The notes below the pieces were generated by a model that saw nothing but the letters and a program-made list of their open reading frames with translations, did no database searches and was not told the DNA's origin. A stretch of DNA of 62,651 nt, filler included, from Choristocarpus tenellus KU-1152 (taxonomy: Eukaryota; Protista; Phaeophyceae): assembly GCA_964200185.2 (NCBI GenBank). It is 11 parts of 11 records of this genome, joined end to end, with 100 filler letters (N's around TTAATTAATTAA, not from the genome) between each part and the next. Parts side by side here need not be neighbours in the genome. Positions count along the whole stretch, not along the records: positions 13,774 to 20,778 come from CAXNAD020006880.1; positions 20,879 to 25,950 come from CAXNAD020011975.1; positions 26,051 to 28,748 come from CAXNAD020025547.1; 8 more parts are not named here. The stretch is one strand, 5' to 3'. The translations under genes and the position numbers were made by a program. Positions within the stretch are counted from its first letter, which is position 1; each line of letters opens with the position of its first letter. Of this stretch, positions 13,972 to 27,637 are shown one piece after another.

Positions 13972-14457
13972 GTTCATCCACGTGAGCACAAAATTGCGCC
14001 ACAGAATGCTAGGTAAACATGTACTGGAAGGCATGTCGCAAGTGCACCTTATACTCAATGACACACTCCTCTAATAGGATGGTTTTTATATTTATGTTTG
14101 ATACCTGTATATCTTTTGAGTCGTTGTCTCAATACACAGGTGCAAGTAGGAGAATGACACAAAATGTACCCGATAAAAGTAATCCCTCATCTCCTGAAAC
14201 ATCTCGGCGACGTCTTGCCCCTTACGGTTCATCTTGTCTATCTTTAGGTGAAACAATCTCATATAGAAAGTGCTTTACTGGACGAGAGCTTCCGTAGCCT
14301 TATTCGCGCCTACAACATTGGTGAAGGTATTATGCAGAGAGGTCATCAAGAATGACTACCTGTCTGTGACGCATGCGACAGACCCAGCAAGTACTTCTTG
14401 ATGTCATAATAAGCAGAGGACAAAGAGTAAAAGGACAGGGATGTGATACATATTTAT

Positions 14458-14965
14458 ACTTCCGACCATCTTGCAATCAGAACCTAGCGTAGTCCTTGCA
14501 AAGTTTGACGTCCAACCTAGAGCAAGCATCCACGGGCTTATCGAAACCCTTTGATTTATCACATCTTGGGTTGGTCCAGCCAAGATCTAGCCTTGTCTTT
14601 CCCTAACCCGCCCATGACGACAGCAGTAGGTCACTGCGATGGGTTGGTCAACCCAGCGAAAATTGTCCCTCTGTCTGTGGCGTTCAAGGAGTTACGGTTC
14701 GGTTGAATAGCGTAAGGACACGGAGATTGTACAACACTTGCGACCATTTTGCTATCAGAATCTAGCGTAATCCTTTCAAATTTTGACGACCAACCTAGGG
14801 CAAGCATCCGGGACGTTATCGAAGCTCTTTGATTTATCGCATCTTGGACACATCCAGCCAAGATCTAGCCTTGTTTCCGTAACCCGCCCACCACTAGGAC
14901 AGTAGGTCGCTACAATGAGTGAGTCCACACGGTGAAAGTTGTCTCTCCGTCTGTGGCGTTCGAGC
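14458..14965. repeat. Diverged tandem duplication, unit ~278 bp
   Basis: acttccgaccatcttgcaatcagaacctagcgtag...gccaagatctagccttgt (from 14458) is repeated as acttgcgaccattttgctatcagaatctagcgtaa...gccaagatctagccttgt (from 14736). Confidence 0.85.
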
Positions 14966-16099
14966 TACAGATCATTTCAATAGTCACAAGTTTATGGTTA
15001 ACGACGGTTGCATGGGTGAGAGGTCTAGACCAGGGAGATATGACATCAGCATATTTTTTGCGAGGTGCAAGGTGTGAAAGAGGCTGACTCCGCATACAGG
15101 CTCTTCAGACGAAAGGGAAGTGGGAAAACCCACAAGAGGTTGCGGAAGAGAGAGAGAGAGAGATGACAACAATGGACAGATACACTAGGGCAAGGTGATG
15201 CGAAAGTCGGGACAGATGAAGTGTAGTTGCACTATCCAATATTCAATCCTATAAGGAAACTGTAGTTTCGCGTGTATGCTATCGAGGAACAGAATGTGGA
15301 GCGTACCTCATGAGAGGAAGGTATTTCAAACGGATACATAAATAAATTGTGTGATTTCCGAACACCAAAAAAGGAAGTGTTTTGAGTTCAAGTTTTTAGA
15401 ACTCTATTCAAACAATACATATATAGAATTGGGCATGATAATAAAAATACATATATAGAATGGTGGTTAATCTTCAAGATTTGAAAAAATCACCATTATA
15501 TCAGATCGTCTTTGAAAATCGATATTTCTCTTTGTAATAGATATGAATTGCTTACATTATTCCATATTGTCAATACATCTCACAAAATAATGTGTAGATA
15601 GTAATGGGAATTTGGTGTAACATACACCAACGTAATGTCAGAAAGCATTATAATAAAATAATGTTGAAATGGGCTCTATAGATATTAATTACTACTACTA
15701 CTACTGTGTTACAATTTCCAACCTTTAAGGTGGTGTTTAAGTATAACTCGTATTCAAACTGAAAATAATGTGGAAAGCAGTGGTGAACTGATTAGTGGTT
15801 TCCACGCAATGTCTTAGAGTATTCTTATGTTTAGGACATTTTATATACACATATGTATATAGTTTTCATTGGTTTCCCCCTGACACATCTGCAAAATTTC
15901 AGAGGGCATAATAATAAAAATGTGGAAAGCATGTTTGTCTGTTGTTATACCGTTTTTGCTCTGTCATATACCGTTACACCGTTGTACCGATTGAGGTTCC
16001 TTGTCAATAAGCATCCTTGCCTGGATTCAACTGTCGTCATTCAGAGTTGTCACACATGGAAGATCCACTTTATTCTCATGTCTTGACTTGTAGTCATGA

Positions 16100-16268
16100 G
16101 GCCCTTCTTTGATGTTGCTCATCACTCCTAAGTTTGCACTTGTCCAACCTCAACCTCGTACCCTCGGTTACGGTTCGTCCTTGTTCGTGTGGTCCGTCTT
16201 GCCCGGTGATTCTTTTCGCCACCCTTGCCTGAGTGAACCACGCCGCCACAGAATCAAACTATTCACAA
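16100..16268 (+). mobile_element. Gypsy LTR fragment, inverted relative to the LTR at 19767-19925
   Basis: gctcatcactcctaagtttgcacttgtccaacct...gccgccacagaatca is the reverse complement of tgattctgtggcggc...aggttggacaagtgcaaattgaggagcgatgagc. Confidence 0.8.
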
Positions 16269-16344
16269 TAAATTTTAGGAAGAGACCTTTCAAATTTACA
16301 ACTGTTAGTCGTATAGGGGTTGGTCGTTGTGATGTTTTGTCTTT

Positions 16345-16710
16345 TCATCTGAAACATCTACAGATGTCAGCGGGTATAATGATATATATAACCTCAACAC
16401 CTTCCCAATGGAAAGTTTTGGGCACGTCGGTAAGCAAGCGCAAAGTTGCCTGGATGAGCTAGCTAGCTACGCACACTGTAGGGGGGAGAGGGACAGGAAG
16501 CTACGGCAGGAAAGGGGCGGTCAAATCCCGTCTACGCCAGATAGTCTTAATCACGACATAACTAGCACTATTTCGACGTGTCATGCGTTTCAACCTGGAA
16601 ACACCAGGGAGATGGGCAAGGAGGGCTTGTTAGATTCTTGGGATGCTTCCCTACCTCCTCACCCTGGGGTACAGGACTAAGCTAGGCTGGAGGCACAGGA
16701 AGGTAGTGGT
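16345..16710 (+). mobile_element. CRE-like non-LTR 3' fragment (copy 2)
   Basis: MESFGHVGKQAQSCLDELA and ttagattcttgggatgcttccct align with 11110-11420. Confidence 0.8.
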
Positions 16711-19700
16711 CCAACTTTAGTAAGACCAACTAACGGTTCGATTACTGTGGCTAAGTTGGGTATGAATTTATGCAAAAATGAACCATACCTAGTACAGATC
16801 GAAGTTTGTTTGATGGTAGTGGGTTTGGGTAATTCAGTGATTGCACGAACCCGATCTTCACCGATACAAATCTCTTCAGACGATCAAATGTAACCCAGAT
16901 AGCGTACTTCTTTAGGTCCAAATTGGATATTTGACGGTTTCAAGGTTAAACCTGCTGCTTGCAGAACTTTGAATTGCTGTTCTAGGAAGTGTAGATGCCC
17001 TTCCCATGTGGGAGAACAAGCAATCAAATCATCCATATAAACTAGCAACCCACTCAGTGGACATAAATTTGCAAAGGCTAAGGAAATAATTATTTGAAAT
17101 TGCCAAGGAGTATTTAATATCCCAAAGGGCATCCTCTTAAAAACTTTTTTGCCTCTGGCCGAGACAAAAGCAGTTTTATCGATGTTCTCTTCAGCTACAG
17201 GAATTTGCCAGTATGCACTCTGAATATCACAAACGGTGATGAATTTTGCACCTCGAACAGTATCAATACGAGACTCCATGTCAGGCATAGGCCAAGTCCG
17301 TCGAACAAGTTGTTTTTGTTAACATTTGACCAATAGTCTACACAGAATCGTGGGGAGCCATCAGATTTGGCCACGATAGTAACAGGACTACCCCAAGGGC
17401 TGGCACGTTTTTCAATAAAGCCTTGCTCTTCCATAGTATTAACACACGAGTCAATTACTTGTTGAGTACGGGGGTTTGCTCTGTAAGGGTTCCTGTCAAC
17501 AGCTTTGGTATCGGGCTCTATAGGAATTTCTGCTTCAGCTAGAGTACATCTGCCTATTTCTGCTGCACTCAACGAAAATACCGATCTATAACGAGCACAA
17601 AGGTCTAAACGTTGAGACACTTGTGATGGATTTAACGTGGAATCTTTGAATACATTTGTCTTACTGAAGGCCTGATGTAACTCCTCTCTAGCTTTACTGA
17701 ACGGTGCAGAATCAGTATTTAGAGCACTAACAGTGATTGGTATTTGATCAGAAATTGGGGTTAAGTGATCTATCACAAGATGCTTCTGGATACGGACCCT
17801 TCGTGCTGTTGGGTTTGCCATTTGAAGCAATACTGATCTATTACTTGCTGACCATGTACTGAGAGTGCGAGCAGCTACGATACGATTCAATGGATGTGCA
17901 GGTTCAGTGGTTTGATCTACAGCAGGCATAGAATGTATGACTGGCTCCACCACGACGGCAGTATCATCAAGCGACGGGCTAGTATCAGTTGTGCAAAAGT
18001 ATGATGATTTCATGACCAGGTGATATGCTATATTGTTAATGTACACAAATGGGTACAGGGTCAAAATCATGTTGCACACTCACCACAGAGCATAAAGGAG
18101 TGGTACTTGTATCACGTACATGCTGTGTGGGGCTCCTTGTCACGTGATGTCTCGCTGAAATGGTACATGAACTGTTGTGGAACGAGGGACGTTGTTCTTG
18201 CCAATCAAGGATTGCACCGAAGGCCTGCGTAACACTAATATCAAGCAGAATTTTTTCGGGTCCAAGTTGGGGAGTCACTAAGGCTTCAACTGGCAATGTG
18301 GTGTCACCAAGTGTAAGTGTAAAACCAAGAAATCCACGGATATGCAAAGGTGAACCGTTTGCCGTACGTAGATTTATTGCACCAGGTGGGACAGGATGCA
18401 CATCAGAACGTTTCAGTTGAGGGTGATTGCGAACAAATATTTCTGAAATACATGGTACGTCACTAGCTGTGTCAAAAGTCAAGTCATTTTTTCTCTTGTT
18501 CTTCACAACGGTGCCAGATACACGAACCCTTTGTGATGAAAACGACAAAGGTTTGGGTATAGATGGGTATCTGCACAAATAACTGTTAAAACAAGTTTTC
18601 ATTATTATTACTTGAGTTTGGTTTAACTATTGGCAAAGAAAACTGCCTAGTGACACGCGTGCAGGCAATAAACAATGCCTGAGGAGCAAGAGTGCGACTG
18701 ATGTCAACCTCCGACGCTTGCCACTCCCTACGATGGTGTCAATAACACCATGACTATTCCCAAGTGGACAGGAGTCAAATCCACCTAGCACCCCTAGGGA
18801 CGAGGGACATATTGGCCTGGTGTTGACTGTCTATCGTCGCAAACACAACTACCACGACCCCTTCCTCTACGACGTAGGTGCGGCCTACGGGTACCCTTCG
18901 GATTGTCCAGGCATGACTGGGTTGTATGACCCTCACAAGTCACCGCCTGACAATCTGGGTACTGGCACACACTACTTTGATGATGATCAATGGTGTACTG
19001 GAGTGTTGATGGTGTCTCTGCGTAGTGTGATGTGTCCAGGGGTCGTGGTGATCTGTCAGTTGAACTGGCTGCGGTAGGTGGACTTGTCGACGACTGAGCT
19101 GGGGACCTGTTGAGGGTTGCTTCCCCCGCTCGATGACGTTCCACCTCCGTATGGAGCCGATGATATTCTCGTTATAACTGGACAAAGTCTGCCCGAGGAA
19201 CGTGATTGATGCCCATTTCCCAAACTTGAAGCCTTAGCAGGTTCTGAAGTCATTCAGGAGGCACAGTATTTGTTCTTGTGCACTCATTGACGTGGTGCGC
19301 AATGAACACTGGTACAACATCATCGAACTTGGTCTACGAAATGGCCACCTCACAAGCAGTGGAACTTGGAGGCGGGACAGGTTCTTCCTGAAAGAGTACC
19401 CGACGAGTGTCATGGTCGCCCGAGCTAACACGATGCTCAAGGGTGGACAACACGGGTCTGGCATGAGCCTGACGATCTGTTGGGGGGGAAGGAGGGGAAC
19501 TTCATCTACGTTCAGCAAGTTTTATGTTACTAGGTGAGCTAGACGTGACACTAGACGAGTCAGAGTCAATATGGGTTGAAGACTCCATGTCCTCTGTAGA
19601 CTCGTGTCCTTGCCCCTCTTTCTCTGGTGCTCTGGATGGTTCCAGATGAGGGGTCAGGCGCTCCTGTGCATTACTTTTTCGCCTCGATCTTGAATTCGGC

Positions 19701-19925
19701 ATCTTTCGTCCGTGGTCGAACAAAAATTTCCCCTTCACTCTATTTCTGAGGTCACCGGTTTCACTAATGCGAATTGTATGATTCTGTGGCGGCGCGGTTC
19801 ACTCAGGGTGGTGAAGAGAATCACCGGGCAAGACGGACCAGACAAACAAAGACAAACCGTAACTGAGGGTACAAGGTTAAGGTTGGACAAGTGCAAATTG
19901 AGGAGCGATGAGCATCTTTAGAGGG
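16711..19925 (-). mobile_element. Ty3/gypsy LTR retrotransposon, 3'-truncated and frameshifted: LTR (19767-19925), gag-like region, protease, reverse transcriptase
   Basis: Aspartic protease motif LTFDTASDV (ORF 18036-18602). RT motifs SPWGSPVTIVAKSDGSPRFCVDY, DIQSAYWQIPV, KTAF, RMPFG, LVYMDDLI and VRYLGY (ORFs 17195-18079, 16884-17288). The LTR ends ...ttcgca, followed by a PBS-like sequence. Confidence 0.92.
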
Positions 19926-20134
19926 CATAATAATAAAATAATGTGGAAATGGGCTCTGTATGTAGATACTACTACTACTACTACTACTACTACTGTGTTA
20001 CAATTTCCAACCTTTAAGGGGGTGTTTGTGGTATAACTCGTATTCAAACTGAAAATAAATTTTAGAGAGATATCTTTCAAATTTACAACAACTGTTTAGT
20101 CGTATAGGGGTTGGTCGTTGTGATGTTTTGTCTT

Positions 20135-20622
20135 TTCACCTGAAACATCTACAAATGTCAGAGAGCATAATGATATATATAACCTCAACACCTTCCCAAT
20201 GGAAATTTTTGGGCATGTCGGTAAGCAAGCGGAAAGTTTCCTGGATGAGCTAGCTATGCACGCGGTAGGGGGGAGAGGGACAGGAGGATACGACAGGAAA
20301 AGGGTAGTCAAATCCTACCTACGACAAATAGTCTCTGTAACAACGCAGGTGGTCCTGTGTAGATGTGTCATGCGTTTCAAGCTGGAATTACCAGGGAGAT
20401 GAGCAAGGAGGGGCTTGTTAGATTCTTGGGATGCTTCCCTAGGTCCTCATCCTGGGGTTCAAGAATAGCTAGGTTGGTACAGCATACCTGGTAGAAAAAT
20501 ATAAATAGATTAATGTTTTTCACATTCATGACAATTGTTAGTTCTTTAGGAGTTTTTCTGACATGTAATTTTTTTCCCCTGACATACGAAGAAAATGTCA
20601 GAGGGGAAAATAATATAATATG
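20135..20622 (+). mobile_element. CRE-like non-LTR 3' fragment (copy 3) with tail
   Basis: MEIFGHVGKQAESFLDELAMHAVGGRGTGGYDRKRVVKSYLRQIVSVTTQ; ends cccctgacatacgaagaaaatgtcagaggggaaaataatataata. Confidence 0.8.
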
Positions 20623-21719
20623 AATACATGTAATATGTAACCAAAAGCATTTGGGATCATGTTTCATATATTTAACAGAGGATTTTCAAAATTGAGGATG
20701 GAGCGGGGCTATGAGGATGGTTGTTCTGCGAAAACGGTCTTTAAAAAGTACCGAAAGGTTTTTTTGTGACTGTTTTTGNNNNNNNNNNNNNNNNNNNNNN
20801 NNNNNNNNNNNNNNNNNNNNNNTTAATTAATTAANNNNNNNNNNNNNNNNNNNNNNNNNNNNNNNNNNNNNNNNNNNNAATGGCCCCCCTGACGCCCCCC
20901 CCCCCCCCCCCAAGATACTTTGTGTCTTTTCATACGACATAGTTTATAGTTTATTGTCGTACCACGTACTACTTTGACATATATTTGAACACAAGATATA
21001 ATTAGAAACAAGCACCGAACATACGACGCGTACAATAATAGTTGAAACTACTCCTAAACTGGCACTATGCAAGGAGGGAAGAGTCTGGCGAGCCTGTCAA
21101 GCCTTGCTTGCTCACTGGTCCAATCTGGCACTGTTTTAGAAGGCCTCTTTCACTATATGCAATGTAGACTGTTGTGTTTTATTCTATACACATTATATTT
21201 ATTATTTTGCCACGCACATTTTGAAGATGTCATGTTTATGGGGGGAATCTTTGTCCTCCCTACTACTTCGAAGTACTAGTATAGCAAGAACTCTTTGTTG
21301 TCCCAAACACAGAGTTTGAAGCGAAGTTATTAAATCTCTACATTTTCTAATACTGGGGGTGAGCGAAACCGACATAGAGGTAAGCAGGGTTACCTTTTAA
21401 GGATTCCGAGAAAGGGCAAAAAGGCGAAATTTTGTACAATTGGAGAACGAGCATTGGTGGATTGTGGTGTAACTTTGAGTGTGAAAAAGGGGAACATCAA
21501 TTTTGCGTACACCTTTGTGCGGATAGAGTAATGTCAGAGGGCATTATAATAAAATAGAGTAATGGAATAGAGTGTTATACAGGGCAAGAAAGATGGCTTG
21601 GAATGTAAAAGGTTCCAAACATGCTCACCTCTCAATTGGATTGGCACAGTGTGGAGGAACCTCAAATAAGATTGATGCCTCCGGCTGGGCAGAATAGAAT
21701 CAAAATAATAAAAAAAACT

Positions 21720-24700
21720 CCGACCTTGCTATCCATAGACATCGTTTAGGGTTACTTACCCTTGTTTGCACCCGACAACACGCACTGGGCAGACAGGTAT
21801 CCCTCAGGGATAGTTGGCTCGGTTTATTATTGGTTAATTCAAGGGCATATGCTCGTGGTCAGTCTGTTTCGGCTTGCCCCTCTGTTTTACTCATTGTTCC
21901 CAGTGCAACGAGATCGTTCATTACACGGGTTTGGAGGCAACCGTCCCAACAAAAACTACTTCTGCAACCTCCTAAAATCCTCTCACAATGGACAATATGA
22001 TGATTTTGTATGGGGGTAAGATCTGTGTAGTGGGTGTATGGAGGTAAGAACTTCCTTTCATAAGACCTTCCAACATGTGAAAAACGCTGGTGGTTGGAGC
22101 AGCGGGATCGAAGGGACCAAGGTGAGAATGTGGTTCTGTGCTCTACCTGTGTAGCCACAATGTTTTCTATATGAACCGTGCCAACAAGAAAAGCGCAGAC
22201 TAGAGGGGGGGGTTGTGCCAATCGGGTATCTGTACCTGCCTGTGCAACATTTGACGATCCATCCAACTAAACATACTTGTGTGTGTAACTGTGGGGTCTA
22301 TGCGTAACTTTGACCTCCAAAGTGTGTAACAGGGAATTCAAGGCAGGGATGGAGACAGTACAATTAGTCGTATTGCAACAGTTGGTAGTATGAGAAGTAG
22401 TGCAGCAGTGTGTGGCAGCAGTGTGTGGTGCTTCTGATCGCGACTCGGGATCATCCCCGACAAATTTGTGGATAATAATAGGAGGTAGAACCAAGGGTGG
22501 GGGGGAGTTGGATGATATTTCCAATTATTTTCCATTGATTGCTGTCAAGCAGCATCTACAAAAAAAAACTCAATAGTTATTTGCTTGTTTTTGGTCACTC
22601 TCACTTTTGAACATTTCCAATACACTCCACTCTACCCACTAATTCCTTGATGGCGGTCAGATAACAATGCAAACTCCACTACTTTTTTTTTCTACACTAC
22701 GAACCTACCTCTTTTCCATGTAACAAATTCAATCTTAGTATGTGTACTTGAATTGCGTTGAATTTTTATGGCTTGTTGGGATTGGTCCTCCCTATTTATC
22801 ACTCCTTCTCTATCACGTTCGAGATCCTTCCGTCTACAATGAGTCTTCACACGATCATGATCCAGATCTTCCAAGTGTGCCTCCTTGTCGTTGGTGGGAG
22901 AAAATTTGTAATTTAACATACTTTGGTACACAAAACCTGAGTTCTCCAACCAGAGTTCGAACCTCAAGGCAAAATACGAGGTGTCAACCACCTCACGTTT
23001 GTTGACGATTAAGTTGATGGATATGATTAAAGAATATGATTGCGAATCTCGACAGATTGGATATGGCGGTAGAGATGATCGACAAGAATCACCATCGGTA
23101 CAAACTAAACCAAAAATTGTATTTAGAACTTGTTCAGTTCTATTAAGGTGTATGAACTTAGTATGGAACATCCTTATGTCTCAACAAGAAATTCGAATTT
23201 CTTTTGGTAGAGTCAGATTGTAAAGATTCGTAGAATCATCTTCCTTTTCACCTCTTTCGAACTTATGTGCGAATAAGTTTCAACGATAAAGTCGTGAATA
23301 TTTTGGACACTTCCTCCTCCTTCCAAATAACTAATGGAAAGTTGGCCCGAGTAGACAAAGGTCAGATAGTAATACAATAATATTATGGTACAATCTGAAG
23401 TATGGAGATGGTGATTTCCAGATATAATTAACACGTTATGACGGTATGTTACGTTCCATATCGATGTTGGATGGGAGTGTTGGAGTGGTGGTGGTAGGTA
23501 CTCTACCTATATCATCCTCACATCTCGTGAATTCAACATCCGTCCCCCTTCAGTCAAGGAAATTACACCAGAACTCAGTGACGGGAATTGAGCACACCCT
23601 GGTCGCTTTGGTCTCAAGCTCTTGTTATCCTAGTCCTTGCTGTTCTATATCGGCAATAATTTGTGTTGTGAGATTGGGGTGGAATTTTGGGCAAGGTGAT
23701 GCAGAACGACAGGGATACCCCAAGCTCATGTCTATTTGTTTCTGACCTCCCTACAGATGTTAGGGACCAGGTGCGTGCGTGGGTCATGAGACAATGATCT
23801 TTCTCGAGCGGATCATGTATTTGGGATTGAGGGACAAGAAGATCTTCCACCAATGAGCAATCTACCTAGACAACGGTTTTGAGCGGGAAATAAATCCAAC
23901 ATTCAGCATGTGGCTGTAGGATAGAGTCTGCGTTACATCTATTGGTTATGGATGTGACATGTCCATTGATTCAAAGGTAGCAAATTAGGTGGCAGCAGAA
24001 TGCCGTTAGTCCGCCGTGGGACAATTGACTACCTCTCACCTCGATATCATTGAACTCTTGCATTCCTACTTCCGATGTTTTTGTCGCATTCGTCGCTTTT
24101 CTGCTTCGAGAAGGATCTGGAAGCACTCTTCGCAGGCTGTCATGGATATGAGAACTGCCGCATCCGAAAAGACAAGAATGATAAGTGAGACTCCAACATG
24201 GAGTCAGTTTGTTTATGCATGTCGGGTTGTGACGACCTCCACCTGTAATCGAATACGACTAACCTGACTTTTGGTCGATTAGTAGGCGAGTGTTCTTCCC
24301 ACAATGTGTATGTCAAGGTGCATCCGTCAAGATTCTATTTCTGTAGGTTTACGGTTGAGATGGAGAGTAGGCTCGATTGGGAGTGACGAACGTTCCCAGA
24401 AGCGTTCCGAACAACTTCGACATCCATTCCCTTGTATCCCCCATTTCCCTCTTGTTAGAATATCATCTAACAATACTGTTCGCCTTTGCCTTTCCTTTCC
24501 TCTCCTGCACGTAGCAACGTGGGGTTCGTGGACTTTCAAGATATGGAGAGTGCCTCAGCAGCACGCGAACGTCTCCTGGGTACCGATCTCAGGGGACACA
24601 CCATAGGTGAAGTGAATCAGCTCTCTTGATACACTACGAGGTGGCAATCGAGTTTGGATTTTAAACATCCTTTTGCTCGTTATGTTCTGTCTCCACAAGT

Positions 24701-24750
24701 TGTTTCAAGACCTCATAGATTAACCATTGTCTTTTCCACGAATGAATTGA
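21720..24750 (+). mobile_element. Degenerate Helitron Rep remnants, internally rearranged
   Basis: Plus-strand relics: YP/LFAPDNTHW (~21757, across a frameshift; like YPLLFP.G..GW), KEITPELSDG (~23560), GGILGKV then GIPQAHVYLFL (~23680-23745; HUH motif 2, like GLPHAHILIFL), and SNIQHVAVG*SLRYIY (~23895-23942; motif 3, like HINVE...SVKYLYKY). Confidence 0.6.
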
Positions 24751-26264
24751 TGTAAATACCACTAGAGAGACGATTGCAGTACATCAAGTTGCATTATCAC
24801 TCGGATACATCTGTTCTCCAGCATTGTGAAAGCATAAGTCCCTCCTTCGACCAGTCACAGTTAGTCGTATGTCCTGTTCAAGAGTTTGTGATCATATTAT
24901 AGGACCTGAACATTTGAGCCGACGTCCCCCTTGCACTGTTCATCCTCGGTACCGATGCTATGTAATACAATGAAAATGCATGTGAGACCAAAAACCAAGC
25001 AGTAAACCAAATTGGCTTACAACCTGACTCTAAACTTCGTACAATCCTCCTAGCATGAGCAGGTTACTTTTCTCTACCATGAATAAATTTAGCAAGGGTG
25101 TTTCCATAATCGATGTAGTGAAATCTCCCTACCCTACCCACAACTGACGCAGGTAATTCCCCCTTATCCACTGCCATTCCCCACCCTCTCCTTTTCTTGT
25201 GTTCAGGTTGATGACGCCCTTTTCCGAATACTTCCCCACAATTCCAAAGCCAACTCAACATCCACGAAAAATTCAATCCATGAGCAAGCCTGAATCGGGT
25301 CAAACAACTGATCAGAAGGCTACCCCACCTATGGTACCCACAATCCAGCCAAAACCCCTGCTCTACCAGTTCTGCCCCTCCAAACCCCAGTTCCAAGCCC
25401 ATATTACCCTTCCAATAAATCAACCATTGTGTGTGCCGACTTGGCCAATCACTTGTTGGACCAGTGAAGAAAGGCTTGTGCCTACTGTACAACCAGGTGT
25501 TTATCTTACAGACCTGTAGTTATGTCAGGGGTCTAGCAGTCATTTTTGACCTTGCTGACATTCACAGCCTGTTTGATCAACTGGTGTGTGCAAATTGTAG
25601 GGCTTTGGAAGGAAGGGTATAGGTTGGGAACCGGAAAGATAAAGGTAGTTTTGTTCTCTTTCAAGGGCTACATCACCAAAGAGTTTTCTAGCAGAGCATG
25701 ACTTGAGGCATAGGACATGAATCCTGTGAAACACTCTCACCTACACACCCCCATCTCCCTGGTGTTACCTCCCCTAAGTCCTTGAAGGGGTAAAATAGCT
25801 AGCTGGCCTTCCGATGTCTAGCTGGCATCCCCCCTCTCCCTATCCTTCTGGACCCATTCTACCCTACTGCCCACCCCAATCCCCATGTACCATCCTGTTT
25901 CCCCCTTCCATACCTTACCCCTTCCTACCAATCACCCTCCCTTTCTACCCNNNNNNNNNNNNNNNNNNNNNNNNNNNNNNNNNNNNNNNNNNNNTTAATT
26001 AATTAANNNNNNNNNNNNNNNNNNNNNNNNNNNNNNNNNNNNNNNNNNNNTGTTTTGTTGTTTGTTTGGGGGTGTGTTGGGGGTTGTTTTTGATGTTATA
26101 AGTGCATAGTGTTACACCAATCTGCCCACCTCTGATTAAATCAAATACTGGACAGAAAAAAAAATGAGCGATGTTCCAGATGAGTTGGCAAGCCATCCTT
26201 ATCTTAGCCCCTAACCCCGACTGGTGATAATGATTATGACAACTGAAAAGGTGATGTACATCAG

Positions 26265-27375
26265 GGCAGAGGCGGAGCTCGGATCCCGTTTGCCAGGTAA
26301 CAGGAGTGACAGTTACAGCGGCGGTTACAGTGGCAGTTACAACGATGACGGCCCATCCGAAGTACTTGATGAAGAGGATGATCGTTTCAGCAGTGGGGGG
26401 GTGGATGGTGGTCAGATCTGGAGGGAAGGCGCTGGAGGAGGTGTTCCTGCCGATGAGAATAGGGTTAGGGATGACGAGGTGGTGGAAGGGTTAGGGATGG
26501 TGGCGATGGACAGTGATCATCGTACCGATGATGATAAATGTGGTGTTGATAATAATACGCAGGCGTTCTCAACGGCGGCAGGGGCAGGGGAGTTCATGGG
26601 GGAAGAGGCAGCAGAGGGGGAGGGGGAGGGGGAGGGGGTGCTGGTGGGAGAGGGGAATGGGGCTGTGGCAGGGGTAATGGCTCTGGAGCGTCTGGAAGAG
26701 ATGGGATTGAGTACAGGGGTGCCTGAGTATACAGCTGCATTATATGCATGTGGGGTGCCGGGTGGGGGAGATGCCGCCCTGAGTCTGTTAAGGTAAGGTG
26801 GGTTTTATTATGGAGGGCAAAGTCTTTTTTTTTAAAGAAATTTTCTCATTGTAAAATTTTGCATTTGCACCACGTCATTTTTTTGCTGTTTTGTTATTTA
26901 TCGGATTGGTGGGGTTGTTACTTTTTCTTTTTTATGTATATATATTTGTTACTTTTGATACTTCAGGACACGTACATACTTCATTTGGAATCATTGTAAA
27001 GGTAGTAATCATTGTAATCATTGTAAAGGTAGTAATGGAAGCAGCAGTAGCAGCAGCAATAATAGTAGTAGTAGTAGTGGTAGTAGCAGTAGTAGTGGTA
27101 GTAGTAGTAGTAGTATTGGTGGTATTGACATGTGTGTGGTTATTCATCTCCCTTGCATTAACTTGTGTGAATAATTAATCAATCAATAATTAATCAATCA
27201 ATAATTAACCAATCGATTGGGACTCCCGTTCCTTCCACCACAAAAAAATTAATAGAAGAGAAATCACTTCAAAGTTTCAAACTCCGGTGCACCTACAAAA
27301 ACAAATAAAATAAAATAAATTACCCTGCAAAAACAAAACAAAATCTTACTGCATGTTTCTACGCCTAGACACACA

Positions 27376-27406
<31 letters not shown>

Positions 27407-27637
27407 TGTCTTTCCAACCTTTACTCTACTGTGCATACGTGGATGGGATTTCCCTCCCTCAAAATGACTATCCCTAACCCTCAAAATGACCAGGCGTATG
27501 AAGGAGAGAGGTCTTGAATGTGATGGGAAAGGGGCAGCTGCAGTTCTCATCGCCTTGTCTAAGGATGGACAGTGGTCAAAGGCCGCACAGTTGGCTGAGG
27601 AGCTGGAGTCGATTGGGGTGAACCACACCACCTACAG
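26265..27637 (+). CDS. Pentatricopeptide-repeat (PPR) protein, partial; exons 26265-26792 and 27494-27637
   Basis: Phase-consistent GT-AG join gives ...LERLEEMGLSTGVPEYTAALYACGVPGGGDAALSLLRRMKERGLECDGKGAAAVLIALSKDGQWSKAAQLAEELESIGVNHTTY: consecutive ~35-aa PPR-like motifs after an acidic low-complexity stretch. Confidence 0.8.

Noticed and set aside
26891-27178. Hydrophobic poly-Val / poly-Thr ORFs, and similar poly-Phe/Lys ORFs at 29185-29550 and 54363-54752
   Set aside because: Translations of (GTA)n microsatellites and homopolymer runs in introns.
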